From IMG/VR virus record IMGVR_UViG_3300030746_000040, positions 1 through 27,211 of that record: a stretch of DNA of 27,211 bases. One strand, written 5' to 3'. Numbering within the stretch: position 1 is the stretch's first letter; the number at the start of each line of letters is the position of its first letter. Both the position numbers and the translations under genes were made by a program. Shown piece after piece: positions 1 to 7,905 of the stretch. A model generated the notes under the pieces. The model was not told the DNA's origin, ran no database searches, and worked only from the letters and a program-made list of their open reading frames with translations. The stretch is from a virus (Duplodnaviria; Caudoviricetes).

Positions 1-331
1 ATAGAAGGGCTAACTTTGCTTGCTCTGCCTTGAGTATCATGTAGGGCAGGACACCAAGCAAAAGTTGTTTGCGATTCTTCGCTCCGGTCGGACGCCAAGC
101 CATTGATGGTTTGTGTCGCGGATCGCGCGAAGGTCGTGTATAATACTGCCCGCCAAAGTTCTTAATGAGAAAATCCATCAGGCGTTTATCAGTATTGACG
201 ACGGTCAACTCGACTGCGTATGTCTGAGCGGTATCAGACCGGTCGGGTTTATTGTGTTTGTTAATCGCAATGGTGCCTTCACCATCAATAATTGCGGCCA
301 GATACGACCAATGAGCTTTATTATTTGTCAC
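1..331 (-). CDS. LAGLIDADG homing endonuclease, intron-encoded, truncated by window edge (absent from ORF track)
   Basis: Manual translation from GTG at 331: MTNNKAHWSYLAAIIDGEGTIAINKH...ELTVVNTDKRLMDFLIKNFGG...VLPYMILKAEQAKLALL. YLAAIIDGEG is a LAGLIDADG motif; GAGGT upstream could act as RBS. Confidence 0.92.
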   Translation of the reverse strand, partial: MTNNKAHWSYLAAIIDGEGTIAINKHNKPDRSDTAQTYAVELTVVNTDKRLMDFLIKNFGGQYYTRPSRDPRHKPSMAWRPTGAKNRKQLLLGVLPYMILKAEQAKLALL

Positions 332-412
332 AATCTTACCTCGGTATTGTCTGAGTGTATCAGAGTTTCACCGATTTAGTCAAATTTTACTACGGCATTA
401 TGCTGCTAGTTT
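1..412 (-). mobile_element. Group I self-splicing intron in the major capsid gene (5' part; 3' end outside the window)
   Basis: Exon end CUACGGU (419-413) pairs with intron GCCGUAG (396-390), giving a 7-bp P1 with the U.G wobble at the 5' splice site. Then AAAUCGGUGAAAC...AAUACCGAGGUAAG (P/Q-like elements forming P4). The capsid frame stops 4 codons into the intron and an endonuclease ORF follows. Confidence 0.9.
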
Positions 413-952
413 ACCGTAGAACATGCCGTCAGACTTCGGCTTCGCGTTCTGACCGCGGAGGCTCATTACTGCCTGACGCGCGATGGACGCGGTGAAAAAT
501 TCGTTGTCTGCCAGGGCGATGTTCACGTTGCCTGCCACTGCGGCTTCGAAGGCCGAAGAGGTCAGGGAGTTCACCGTGAGAGCGGCGCGATAACCCATTT
601 CGCCAGCGGAGTTCTCAACAATCGGGTCGATGGCAGTCTCGATCAGAAGATCAGAGAAAGACATGTAATCGAAGTATTGATTGACGCTGGTTTTGTTCGT
701 TGCGGTCGTGGGCGCGATTCCGGTGCCGGGCTGACCTTCAGACCCAGGCGTGGTGTTTGCGCCGAGAACCTGATATCCAAACATTTGGATCGTCTTGCCA
801 CTGCGCTCAGGTAGGACACGTCTCTCGGTCGCAGCCTGGAAGGGCAGATTAGCCTTCAGATTTTCGACGGCAACTTTGTCGTACCAAATTGTCGCTAGAT
901 GAGTCAGTGAAGAAGTGGTGGATACTACTGAAGCTGGGCTCAAAGAAGCCAT
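413..952 (-). CDS. Major capsid protein, N4-gp56-like, exon 1 (180 codons ending ...GMFYG)
   Basis: Motifs LP.RSGKTIQM, EG..G, QY.DYMSFSDLL.ETAIDP.VE...EMGY.AA; position directly after scaffold and portal; too short for a full capsid protein without splicing. Confidence 0.88.
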
Positions 953-977
953 TTTGCTTCACCTCTAAATTAATTGC

Positions 978-1904
978 TTACTTCGAACCTGAAGCTGCCT
1001 TAGCTTTTGCCATTAGCCGGTTCATCTTTTGACGAGCCTCTTCTAATGGTAGCTTATAGATCTCTTCGACTTCCGATTCTGACGCGGCTTGCTTCGCTTC
1101 CACTGCGGAGTCCGGCTTAGTGGCGCTGGACTGATTGGAACGAATGCCCGTCGACATCGGTTTGGTGCGGGTGTGTGGCTTTACTGTGACCGCATTAGGG
1201 TCGGCCACGGCGACATCGAGCAATCCGCTCTCTGTCAACTCTTGGAAGGCATATTCGAGATTGGATGCTGATTTCGTCAGCTTCTCGTCAGCCAGAAATT
1301 TTTCTATCCGCGCGGCATTCTGAGCGGAGGGGATGTAATCGGTCTGATGATTCATCAAGAAAGCAGTTTCAGCCTGGGCCACTTGCTGCGCGGCCATGAA
1401 GTCATTGATGAAGTTGCCGATTTCGGTAGCGGACTTACCGGTCTTCGCGGTGAAGATTTTGTCAATCGCGGCGGCCGGATTGGTGCTGAGCTCATTGGCG
1501 ATCTGAAAGAGTTCATCCGCCGTCAATTCTTTCTTGGCGAGGACCGGCGCTGCTGAGCGATCAGGCTTGGCGCGCTTCTCTCTTTTCAGTTCAAACTCTT
1601 GTTCGCGTATCTTGCGCGTGGCGTTCTCTTGAGCGGTGGTCAGCTTGTCGAGTAACTCTTCCGCGGTGTCAGCGGTGAAGACCTGCTTGCCGGAACCGTC
1701 ACCGAGGTCAATGGTGCGGGTGACCTTGCCCCCAGAGGTTCTTGTAGTGGCGGCGGGAGTGACAACTTCTGAGTTGTCATCTACATCGTCGGTGACAACT
1801 TCGGAGTTGTCATCGGTGGTGGGAACCTGAGCGGTAAATTCGTCGTCGAACAATGATAGGCCAGCTGCTACCTTAGCCTCACCTTTTCCATCATCTTGTG
1901 CCAT
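978..1904 (-). CDS. Putative capsid scaffolding protein
   Basis: Acidic N-terminus, helical/coiled-coil character, basic C-terminal tail, between portal and capsid genes; AAGGAAAG RBS. Confidence 0.7.
   Translation of the reverse strand: MAQDDGKGEAKVAAGLSLFDDEFTAQVPTTDDNSEVVTDDVDDNSEVVTPAATTRTSGGKVTRTIDLGDGSGKQVFTADTAEELLDKLTTAQENATRKIREQEFELKREKRAKPDRSAAPVLAKKELTADELFQIANELSTNPAAAIDKIFTAKTGKSATEIGNFINDFMAAQQVAQAETAFLMNHQTDYIPSAQNAARIEKFLADEKLTKSASNLEYAFQELTESGLLDVAVADPNAVTVKPHTRTKPMSTGIRSNQSSATKPDSAVEAKQAASESEVEEIYKLPLEEARQKMNRLMAKAKAASGSK
1759..1814. repeat. Two copies of a palindromic 20-mer TGACAACT-N4-AGTTGTCA, 33 bp apart, inside the scaffold gene
   Basis: 1760-1779 and 1793-1812; encodes DDNSEVVT twice. 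Confidence 0.9.
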
Positions 1905-1937
1905 GTTTCTCTTTCCTTCGCCGCAATCCGCAGCGTG

Positions 1938-2261
1938 TTAGAGTCCTGAATAGTTTGCCTGCTGCGACAGTTGTTGGGCGGCTTCTTGAGCCTCTATTCC
2001 AACGTCTATGGCAGCTTGGATGCGGAGTTGCAGTTGCTCGAAGATTGAGCGTGCAACGCGCGCATGGCTGTGTGTATCGTCGAGTAGTTGTCGCGTCGAT
2101 CCCGCGGGAAGCGAGAGTAGACGAAATTCGTACTTGACGACTTCGGCTTCGAGAATGTCTAGAACGTCTGACCAACCCGGCGCATTGACGAGTTGGTAGA
2201 GTTTGTTGGCTTTCTCGAAGGCCGCCATTATTTCCGCTTGCTTGGTCTGATCCAAGTTCAC
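1938..2261 (-). CDS. Small helical protein between portal and scaffold genes
   Basis: Abuts the portal stop, AGGAG RBS, GW...L motif typical of small genes at this position in podovirus-like head modules. Confidence 0.75.
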   Translation of the reverse strand: MNLDQTKQAEIMAAFEKANKLYQLVNAPGWSDVLDILEAEVVKYEFRLLSLPAGSTRQLLDDTHSHARVARSIFEQLQLRIQAAIDVGIEAQEAAQQLSQQANYSGL

Positions 2262-4313
2262 TTATTGATCTCCTGTTGCGATCTGGTCGTCGTGTTCGAA
2301 GATGTGTTTGAAGAAGAGTTCTCCGGCCTTATCGATTGAGGCACGGTCGAGTAGTTGGCCCTTGTTCTCAGTCTTGACTTGCTCCATTTGAGCTTCGTGA
2401 GTCATCTGAGCTTGTTGCTGCTGTTGTGCGGCTTGGGCTTTCTGTTGGTCGGCCGCGATGTCCTGCGGCGTCTTATTGACGATGACAGAGGACATGTTGG
2501 GCCAGCCGGATACGTCGAAGCTCATCTTGACGAGTTCGGAGACGTTCACCTTCTTGCCTTCCTGGGCCAGCGAATCTATGACGGGTTGAGTCAAGAGGAA
2601 CTGGTAGAAGAGAGGTAGGTTCTGTTTCATCGCAGTCTTGGCTTGCAGGCGTGAACCGGCGAGCATTTCGAAATCGACTTGCGCATTGATGAGGTCGAGC
2701 GTGTCGCCCTGGTATGCTATGCCGAGTTCTTGAGTCAGGATGCGATCTATGTCGTCTGCTTCCATGAAGAGGCCGTTCATTTTGTGAAAGGCGTCAAGCA
2801 TTGGGACGAACACTTGGTATGAGAATTGTTCAATAATAGACTGTAGGCGTGTTCCGGTGCCTGAAGCCAAACTATTAACACCTGTTGCTGTGCGCGTGAT
2901 AGATGACTTATCAGACGGCATAGAACCCTGTACCGCACTTTCGTTGGCAGCAGTTCTACGAGCAGCGCGACTATCTGATGCAGAGAGAACGGCTTGGGTT
3001 TCAGCAATGGGGATCGGGTTCCGTTTCATAACGGTAACACCTTCGGGGGTGTCTGAATCAATGATACCGCCCGGTCGCATCCGCAGCTGTTGAGTTTGGA
3101 CGTTCGAGCCGCGCACACGTTGAAACATGCCGTTCAAGTTCAGCGAGAGATCATCTAGAAAAGTGTTGATGACTCCTTGCTGCATCCTTTGTTCGTTGCC
3201 GATAAGCATCCCAAAGCCGATGCCCCAGAATGAGCCCAGAACATCCGCCTGGGTGACTGAGAGAAATGGAATAAACCCCAACGGATTTGGCTCATTGCGA
3301 ATGATAGTTTTCGACTGAAGGACAGTGTACACCCTATCGTTCGTCCAATACTCCATGACTTCGAGAGGCTGATTGCGTTTATCATGCGTGGAGTTCCAAT
3401 GGCGCGGTTGTGGTTGAAACTCCTGAAAGAGATCCAACTTCGGCTGTTCGAGCGGATTCTGACGAGGGACTTCTTCGGGTGGGAACTTGAGCTTGATCAA
3501 ATCTTCGAGCGAAGGTATATCGTAGCCTTCGTAGCCACGAAGTTTGTCGAGGTCGAGCGGCGTCATGTAATTGATGTGGATGACGAACTTGCCCTTGCGA
3601 ATGTCGGGGCCGGTCAAGCCTGGGTCGACGAGCACATATTTGTTGTTGACCCATTCCAAAGTTGGCCGATTGACTTTGATTTTTACGTCAACCGCTTTCT
3701 TCTTCGTCTTCGGTTTGATGCGAACGCCGCCGCCATCTCTGAGCCCATGCCATTGATAGGGGGCTTCATTGATGTAGGTGCGGCGCGTAGTCTCGTAAGT
3801 TTCCCATCCGATCTTCCAGATGCCTGCGCCGTGCAAGAGGGCGGATTTCAATCCCAACCGGTACTGCTCACGAACGTCGGCCTGCTTCATTTCGTAAGTC
3901 AGGAGTTGATCGTTCGCGCGCGCCGCATCCATTGGTGTGTTGGGTTTGGGCTTCGACATGAACGGTGGATCGTCTGCGAAGAGGCCCTGCATAAGTTGAG
4001 GCAGGACCGATTCGACATGCTCATAGACGAGCGGCATTCCGAGATGCGAACGCGGGATGTTGGTTCCATCCCACATGCGGACGGGCACCTTAAACAGATA
4101 GAGACGTTCCTCCATCTGCCACTGTAGGAGCCATCCTTGAGTTTGGAGCCACGTCTCAGCCTGAGCGCGGTCCTGCAAGACTATTTTGAGCGCCGTCAAA
4201 TCCTTATCGGGTTTGGTGAGGTCCAGCTGTAGTTCACTGGGTTCCGTAATCAGTTGGAACGCTTCGCCGTTTTGGAAGGTATTGCGCGGAACCAAGTCTT
4301 CGAGAAGCGCCAT
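2262..4313 (-). CDS. Portal protein (P22-like/podovirus type)
   Basis: 683 aa after TerL; ALLHGAGIWKIGW, VLVDP, IPF, FWGIG, TRTATGV motifs; Gln-rich C-terminal tail. Confidence 0.9.
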   Translation of the reverse strand: MALLEDLVPRNTFQNGEAFQLITEPSELQLDLTKPDKDLTALKIVLQDRAQAETWLQTQGWLLQWQMEERLYLFKVPVRMWDGTNIPRSHLGMPLVYEHVESVLPQLMQGLFADDPPFMSKPKPNTPMDAARANDQLLTYEMKQADVREQYRLGLKSALLHGAGIWKIGWETYETTRRTYINEAPYQWHGLRDGGGVRIKPKTKKKAVDVKIKVNRPTLEWVNNKYVLVDPGLTGPDIRKGKFVIHINYMTPLDLDKLRGYEGYDIPSLEDLIKLKFPPEEVPRQNPLEQPKLDLFQEFQPQPRHWNSTHDKRNQPLEVMEYWTNDRVYTVLQSKTIIRNEPNPLGFIPFLSVTQADVLGSFWGIGFGMLIGNEQRMQQGVINTFLDDLSLNLNGMFQRVRGSNVQTQQLRMRPGGIIDSDTPEGVTVMKRNPIPIAETQAVLSASDSRAARRTAANESAVQGSMPSDKSSITRTATGVNSLASGTGTRLQSIIEQFSYQVFVPMLDAFHKMNGLFMEADDIDRILTQELGIAYQGDTLDLINAQVDFEMLAGSRLQAKTAMKQNLPLFYQFLLTQPVIDSLAQEGKKVNVSELVKMSFDVSGWPNMSSVIVNKTPQDIAADQQKAQAAQQQQQAQMTHEAQMEQVKTENKGQLLDRASIDKAGELFFKHIFEHDDQIATGDQ

Positions 4314-4349
4314 TAAGCTATCCTTGTGAACCCTTTTGGGGCAGTGTGG

Positions 4350-5894
4350 CTAGCCGGTAATTCCAGCGCCAAGTAGGTTGTCGTCGTCTGCGTTGAAGAA
4401 GACCGAAGTGATCTCGTCGTCTTCCTCTTGCGAGTCAGGTATGATGTCTACCATCGTCGCGAAGAAGAGGAGCATGGAGATCGCGTCCGGTATGTCATCG
4501 TGTGAGAAGCGCGGGAACTTGAGGAATTGTTTCTTCAGTTCGATCCATACGCTAGGTGGGATGGCAGTCGAGAAATAGAGTTTGTGCTGGGCCATCAAAG
4601 GTTGAAGAGAGAGGATGCGTTCCTCTTTGCTCTTGAACGGATTGGTTGGCATCCAGATGATGTTGAACCGCTTGCCGATGGTGCGCTGTAGGTTGTCGAG
4701 CGCCGGGGCTAGGAGTTTAGAGCCGCCTGCATTTTCGATGCCCACTTGCCTAGGCCGCCACTTGAGCGCCTGGGCAGCAATGATCTGTACCAGAGCATGT
4801 GGCGAATATCGGCCAGCAACAACATCCAAGACGAATAGATTGCCCTTCGTGTCATACATTCCGGTGATGCCAGCGGTGAAGTCTGCGCGCTTCTTTTCAC
4901 TGAAGCCGAGATCCCACGTTTGAAACACGCTCCCGTTTTTCGGGATGTGCATATGGGGCATGTGGTGGGATTCGATCAGTTCGTCGGTGAAGGTTGCGGT
5001 GTCGACGGGTGTGGGGTCGAGCAGGTATTGGCAATTGAAGATGAATTCGTCTTGCTTGCGGATTGAGTTGAGGAAGTCGAACGTGAAACGCTCTGGGAAT
5101 AGCAAGGTGACATCGCTTGCTGATAGAGGCGTTCCTTTAACATAAGCGGGGTTAGTGATGACCCAGGCGGGGCGTCGGAATTTGCGAATCCATGCGCCGT
5201 TCTCTGGATCTTCCAACCATGCGTAGAGGTCCGAATCGCTGTAAGGTGTCCCGATGACATGAATGTATCCGTAGGGCTCCACGATGGAGCGCATGAAGAT
5301 GAATCGGTCGATGACGTTCTGAAGAAGTTCGGGGGTGCGGATGTTGTCGGCATGGACAGCATCGTCAATGAACATGACATCGCAGTGTGGACCTGCCTTG
5401 ATGGAGTCCATTGAGAAGGCCACGCACGAAGCGTCTACGAGGACTTTAGTTCGATTGGGCAGAGTAAATTCAGTTGTCGTTCCCCAATCTTTGTTTGGAG
5501 GAGGACAAAACTCGGGGAAGAGCCGTCGGAGCTTGGGGTTGTGCTGAAAGTGGGATTTGACTGCAACAAGGGAATCCGAGGCGCGATCCAACTTACCAGC
5601 CCCAAAAAAGAGCCGAATGTTAGGGTAGTTGAGGAGCCACTGGACTGCCGATGCAATGGCGAGGGTGGTCTTGAAGTGTCCGCGGGGATCATATAGCGAC
5701 ATGCCTTTCTCATCTGATAAGTCGGCAATTGGTGTGCCGGGCTTCATCTGGTAGAAGTGGTTGGCGACCGGTTGGTGGACTCTATCCACTAGGTCTTCGT
5801 AGCCCAGGATTTCGCGAGCGAGCCACATGAGATCTGTGCGCGCGCGGTACCTAAGCTCTTTTTGTCTTTCCGCTACACTTGCCTCGACCGGCAT
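4350..5894 (-). CDS. terL: Terminase large subunit
   Basis: Walker A PRGHFKTT, Walker B VMFIDD, GTPY, FNCQYLLDP, nuclease motifs WDLG, DFTA, IE and HDDIPDAIS. Confidence 0.95.
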   Translation of the reverse strand: MPVEASVAERQKELRYRARTDLMWLAREILGYEDLVDRVHQPVANHFYQMKPGTPIADLSDEKGMSLYDPRGHFKTTLAIASAVQWLLNYPNIRLFFGAGKLDRASDSLVAVKSHFQHNPKLRRLFPEFCPPPNKDWGTTTEFTLPNRTKVLVDASCVAFSMDSIKAGPHCDVMFIDDAVHADNIRTPELLQNVIDRFIFMRSIVEPYGYIHVIGTPYSDSDLYAWLEDPENGAWIRKFRRPAWVITNPAYVKGTPLSASDVTLLFPERFTFDFLNSIRKQDEFIFNCQYLLDPTPVDTATFTDELIESHHMPHMHIPKNGSVFQTWDLGFSEKKRADFTAGITGMYDTKGNLFVLDVVAGRYSPHALVQIIAAQALKWRPRQVGIENAGGSKLLAPALDNLQRTIGKRFNIIWMPTNPFKSKEERILSLQPLMAQHKLYFSTAIPPSVWIELKKQFLKFPRFSHDDIPDAISMLLFFATMVDIIPDSQEEDDEITSVFFNADDDNLLGAGITG

Positions 5895-5952
5895 AAATAC
5901 CTTCAGGTTCGTCTAAGTATGTGGGTTCAAGCCAAAATGGCGTGGGTGGACC

Positions 5953-6019
5953 GAGTGGGGCAGACGGTGTGTATTTCCACCGCTCCGGTGTGTCAAATGT
6001 GTGTGGCACGCTGCCCCTC
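5953..6019 (-). ncRNA. Structured RNA element between tRNA and terL (branched stem)
   Basis: Minus strand GAGGGGCAG pairs with CUGCCCC(A)CUC and encloses the hairpin GCGGUG-GAAAUACA-CACCGU. Confidence 0.4.
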
Positions 6020-6034
6020 AAAGGTTCATGTATT

Positions 6035-6110
6035 TGGCTGGCTCTCTTGGATTCGAACCAAGAACGACGCGGTTAACAGCCGCGCACTCTGCCGTTTGAG
6101 CTAAGAGCCA
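6035..6110 (-). tRNA. tRNA-Asn (GUU), CCA encoded
   Basis: TGGCTCT/AGAGCCA acceptor stem, GCTC/GAGT D arm, CGCGG-CTGTTAA-CCGCG anticodon arm, CTTGG-TTCGAAT-CCAAG T arm, G discriminator plus CCA; 76 nt. Confidence 0.97.
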
Positions 6111-6124
6111 ATAAAAAAGTTAGA

Positions 6125-6320
6125 TGTGTGACGGGTTCTGTTTTTAGACAAGATGCCGTCTATACAGTGAAGTTTTAGGAAGCAATATCCCGGACCCGTC
6201 GTCAGGATAAAGCTGCTCTTGTCTAAATCACTAGGGATCAACTGGTCGTCGCTTGCGCGGTGTGACTTCTCTCGACCGAAGTCGAACGATGCAGTTTCTT
6301 AGGGTCTAGCCCCGGCGTCT
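6125..6320 (-). ncRNA. Putative structured, pseudoknotted ncRNA upstream of tRNA-Asn
   Basis: C(UUCG)G hairpin 6272-6285, GCAA tetraloop 6250-6259, perfect 11-bp stem 6217-6227/6143-6153, inner stem 6203-6209/6186-6192 whose loop GACGGGU matches ACCCGUC at 6130-6136; no ORF. Confidence 0.6.
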
Positions 6321-6324
6321 GGTG

Positions 6325-6612
6325 TTACGCGACAGACTTGGCGATGAGATCGTTCACGTTGTCGAAGATGGTGTCGTTCGGCGCGAACTTATGCAGGCCA
6401 TGTTTGCCGGTGATGGTCACGATGAGAAACTGTGAGCCATCATAGGTGTAGCTGAAGTCGATGTTCTCGGCCGTGAAGGAGCCGACGAGTACACCGAGTT
6501 GCTTGTTGCTGAGTTCAGTGTTCGATTCGAGCGCGGCCAGTAGTCGAGTGGACTCCTGGGTCGTCACGGCGAACTTTGCTGAGTCAGGGGAGACGTAGAT
6601 GGGCGCGCCCAT
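6325..6612 (-). CDS. Hypothetical protein
   Basis: TAATG coupling to the upstream gene; codon usage like its neighbours. Confidence 0.75.
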   Translation of the reverse strand: MGAPIYVSPDSAKFAVTTQESTRLLAALESNTELSNKQLGVLVGSFTAENIDFSYTYDGSQFLIVTITGKHGLHKFAPNDTIFDNVNDLIAKSVA

Positions 6613-7025
6613 TATGCAGCCACCGAGGGGATGTTCAGGATGGCCACAACGGCGTTGATGATTGATTGGACGGTGTTGGAGTCAGCCGAGTAGCCGAGCG
6701 ACTTGAGGTTGGCCAGGACAGCCTGGGAGACGATGGTGAGAACGTCCGCAGACTTCTGGAGGCCGGTGAGTCCAGCGGGGATGAGCTTGGACTTGGCTTC
6801 AACTTCGATGACCGTGTTCTGAACGACGGCGGTGATGTTGATCGCGACCGAGGTGCCAGCCTTGATAGCGGCAGAGTCGGCGGGGAAGATCAGTTCAGCC
6901 AGGGTGGCCGCTTCGGGCAGATACTTCGCGACTAATGCGAGGCCCTTATCGGCATCGCGACCTGCAATTTCGAGGACGGAGAGAAGCTTCTTGCCGTCTT
7001 TTTCGAATGTGGATATGATAGACAT
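6612..7025 (-). CDS. Hypothetical amphipathic protein, possibly LL-H-type holin-like (start reassigned to MSIIST)
   Basis: Start follows the upstream stop by 1 nt; the TG.QK...V motif and amphipathic helices resemble LL-H-like holins. Function uncertain. Confidence 0.55.
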   Translation of the reverse strand: MSIISTFEKDGKKLLSVLEIAGRDADKGLALVAKYLPEAATLAELIFPADSAAIKAGTSVAINITAVVQNTVIEVEAKSKLIPAGLTGLQKSADVLTIVSQAVLANLKSLGYSADSNTVQSIINAVVAILNIPSVAA

Positions 7026-7026
7026 T

Positions 7027-7308
7027 TTATTTGCCTTTGACAACGGTTGCGTCGGGTTGATTGGTGCTGGTTGACTCAAGAGCGGTTGTGCGAGTGGTTG
7101 AGGGGTCAACGTAGACAGTGGGGTGAAATCGGTCGCGAAAGTTCGCCGCCCCTGATTGAAAGAGATTGTAGGCCCAGGTACGCCAATATCCGCTGGGTGG
7201 GTTTGAACCCAGAGGCGGCTGAGTTCCAGCGGCGAGAACATAGAGTACACCTAAAGACACAATCACTGTTGTCTTATGTATGATGAGATAGGCGATGAGT
7301 GTGTGCAT
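7027..7308 (-). CDS. Small membrane protein (holin-like candidate)
   Basis: Hydrophobic N-terminal segment VIVSLGVLYVLAAG followed by an aromatic amphipathic stretch; tight coupling to both neighbours. Confidence 0.6.
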   Translation of the reverse strand: MHTLIAYLIIHKTTVIVSLGVLYVLAAGTQPPLGSNPPSGYWRTWAYNLFQSGAANFRDRFHPTVYVDPSTTRTTALESTSTNQPDATVVKGK

Positions 7309-7309
7309 G

Positions 7310-7699
7310 TTAGCCCTGGATGTCGTTTATCGCGTCGTACTGATCGGCAACTGGCGTCTTGGGCTTGGAGAAACCTGAGACGCGCTCGTAGGCTGTCAGA
7401 GCTTGCAGTTTGATGCGAGACTCTTCGGCGTTGTTGTAGATGTCGATGTACATGGCGCGAAGTTCTTCGGATGTGGGTAACTTAGCGACGGGCTTGGGTT
7501 GTATATGGTCGCGGATGAGCCCGGCAACTGATGGGTGGGCTATGACGGTGAGGCCGTAGGATCGAGCTTGCGCGGGGTCTTTGATGTCATAGTTTTCCAA
7601 CACAGCCTGAGTTAGATCTTGGTTGATCGCGAAGGAGTCCAGAAAACCCTGTTGTTTGTGGGTTAGCAGAGGATAGCGCGCATCTTGTTTGTAACTCAT
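7310..7699 (-). CDS. Probable terminase small subunit
   Basis: N-terminal LT.KQ..F......DLTQAV...Y......A......HPSV...I helix-turn-helix pattern and a RIKLQAL segment typical of TerS; upstream of terL. Confidence 0.65.
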   Translation of the reverse strand: MSYKQDARYPLLTHKQQGFLDSFAINQDLTQAVLENYDIKDPAQARSYGLTVIAHPSVAGLIRDHIQPKPVAKLPTSEELRAMYIDIYNNAEESRIKLQALTAYERVSGFSKPKTPVADQYDAINDIQG

Positions 7700-7899
7700 T
7701 TTGAGAGGCCCGTTGCGAGTAGGGATTTGCCGACTGAGGGAAATCGCTTCTTGACTGCGGCCACGATTGCCGCCGGGTTCTTCGCGAATTTGCGTTCGCG
7801 GAGCGCGTCTTCGGCGTGCGACTTATCAGGAATGGGAAACGAGTTGCCCGGGCCAGCGTGAGGCGCGGCCTTGCGTTGTGCTGCGTCGAGTTTGGCCAT
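7696..7899 (-). CDS. Small basic phage protein (DUF6582-like)
   Basis: MAKL.A..RK...FPIPDKSHA..AL...I...VK.RFP pattern; AAGGA RBS; ATGA overlap with the next gene. Confidence 0.65.
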   Translation of the reverse strand: MAKLDAAQRKAAPHAGPGNSFPIPDKSHAEDALRERKFAKNPAAIVAAVKKRFPSVGKSLLATGLSK

Positions 7900-7905
7900 A
7901 AGTCC

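Noticed and set aside
113-379. 88-aa plus-strand ORF
   Set aside because: Antisense shadow of the LAGLIDADG ORF and intron core.
398-952. Capsid gene as a complete 184-aa protein or a pseudogene
   Set aside because: The last four codons and the stop lie inside the P1 loop of the intron; splicing explains the truncation.
3384-4127. 247-aa plus-strand ORF and other long antisense ORFs in the structural region
   Set aside because: Shadows of portal, terminase and spike genes caused by biased codon usage; no RBS or motifs.
6199-6205. Hammerhead ribozyme (CUGACGA on the minus strand; also CUGAUGC near 13550)
   Set aside because: No stem II followed by GAAA and no suitably placed cleavage triplet.
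7026-7250. N-terminal extension of the 212-aa ORF
   Set aside because: Overlaps the 7027-7308 gene; the coupled start at 7025 is better.
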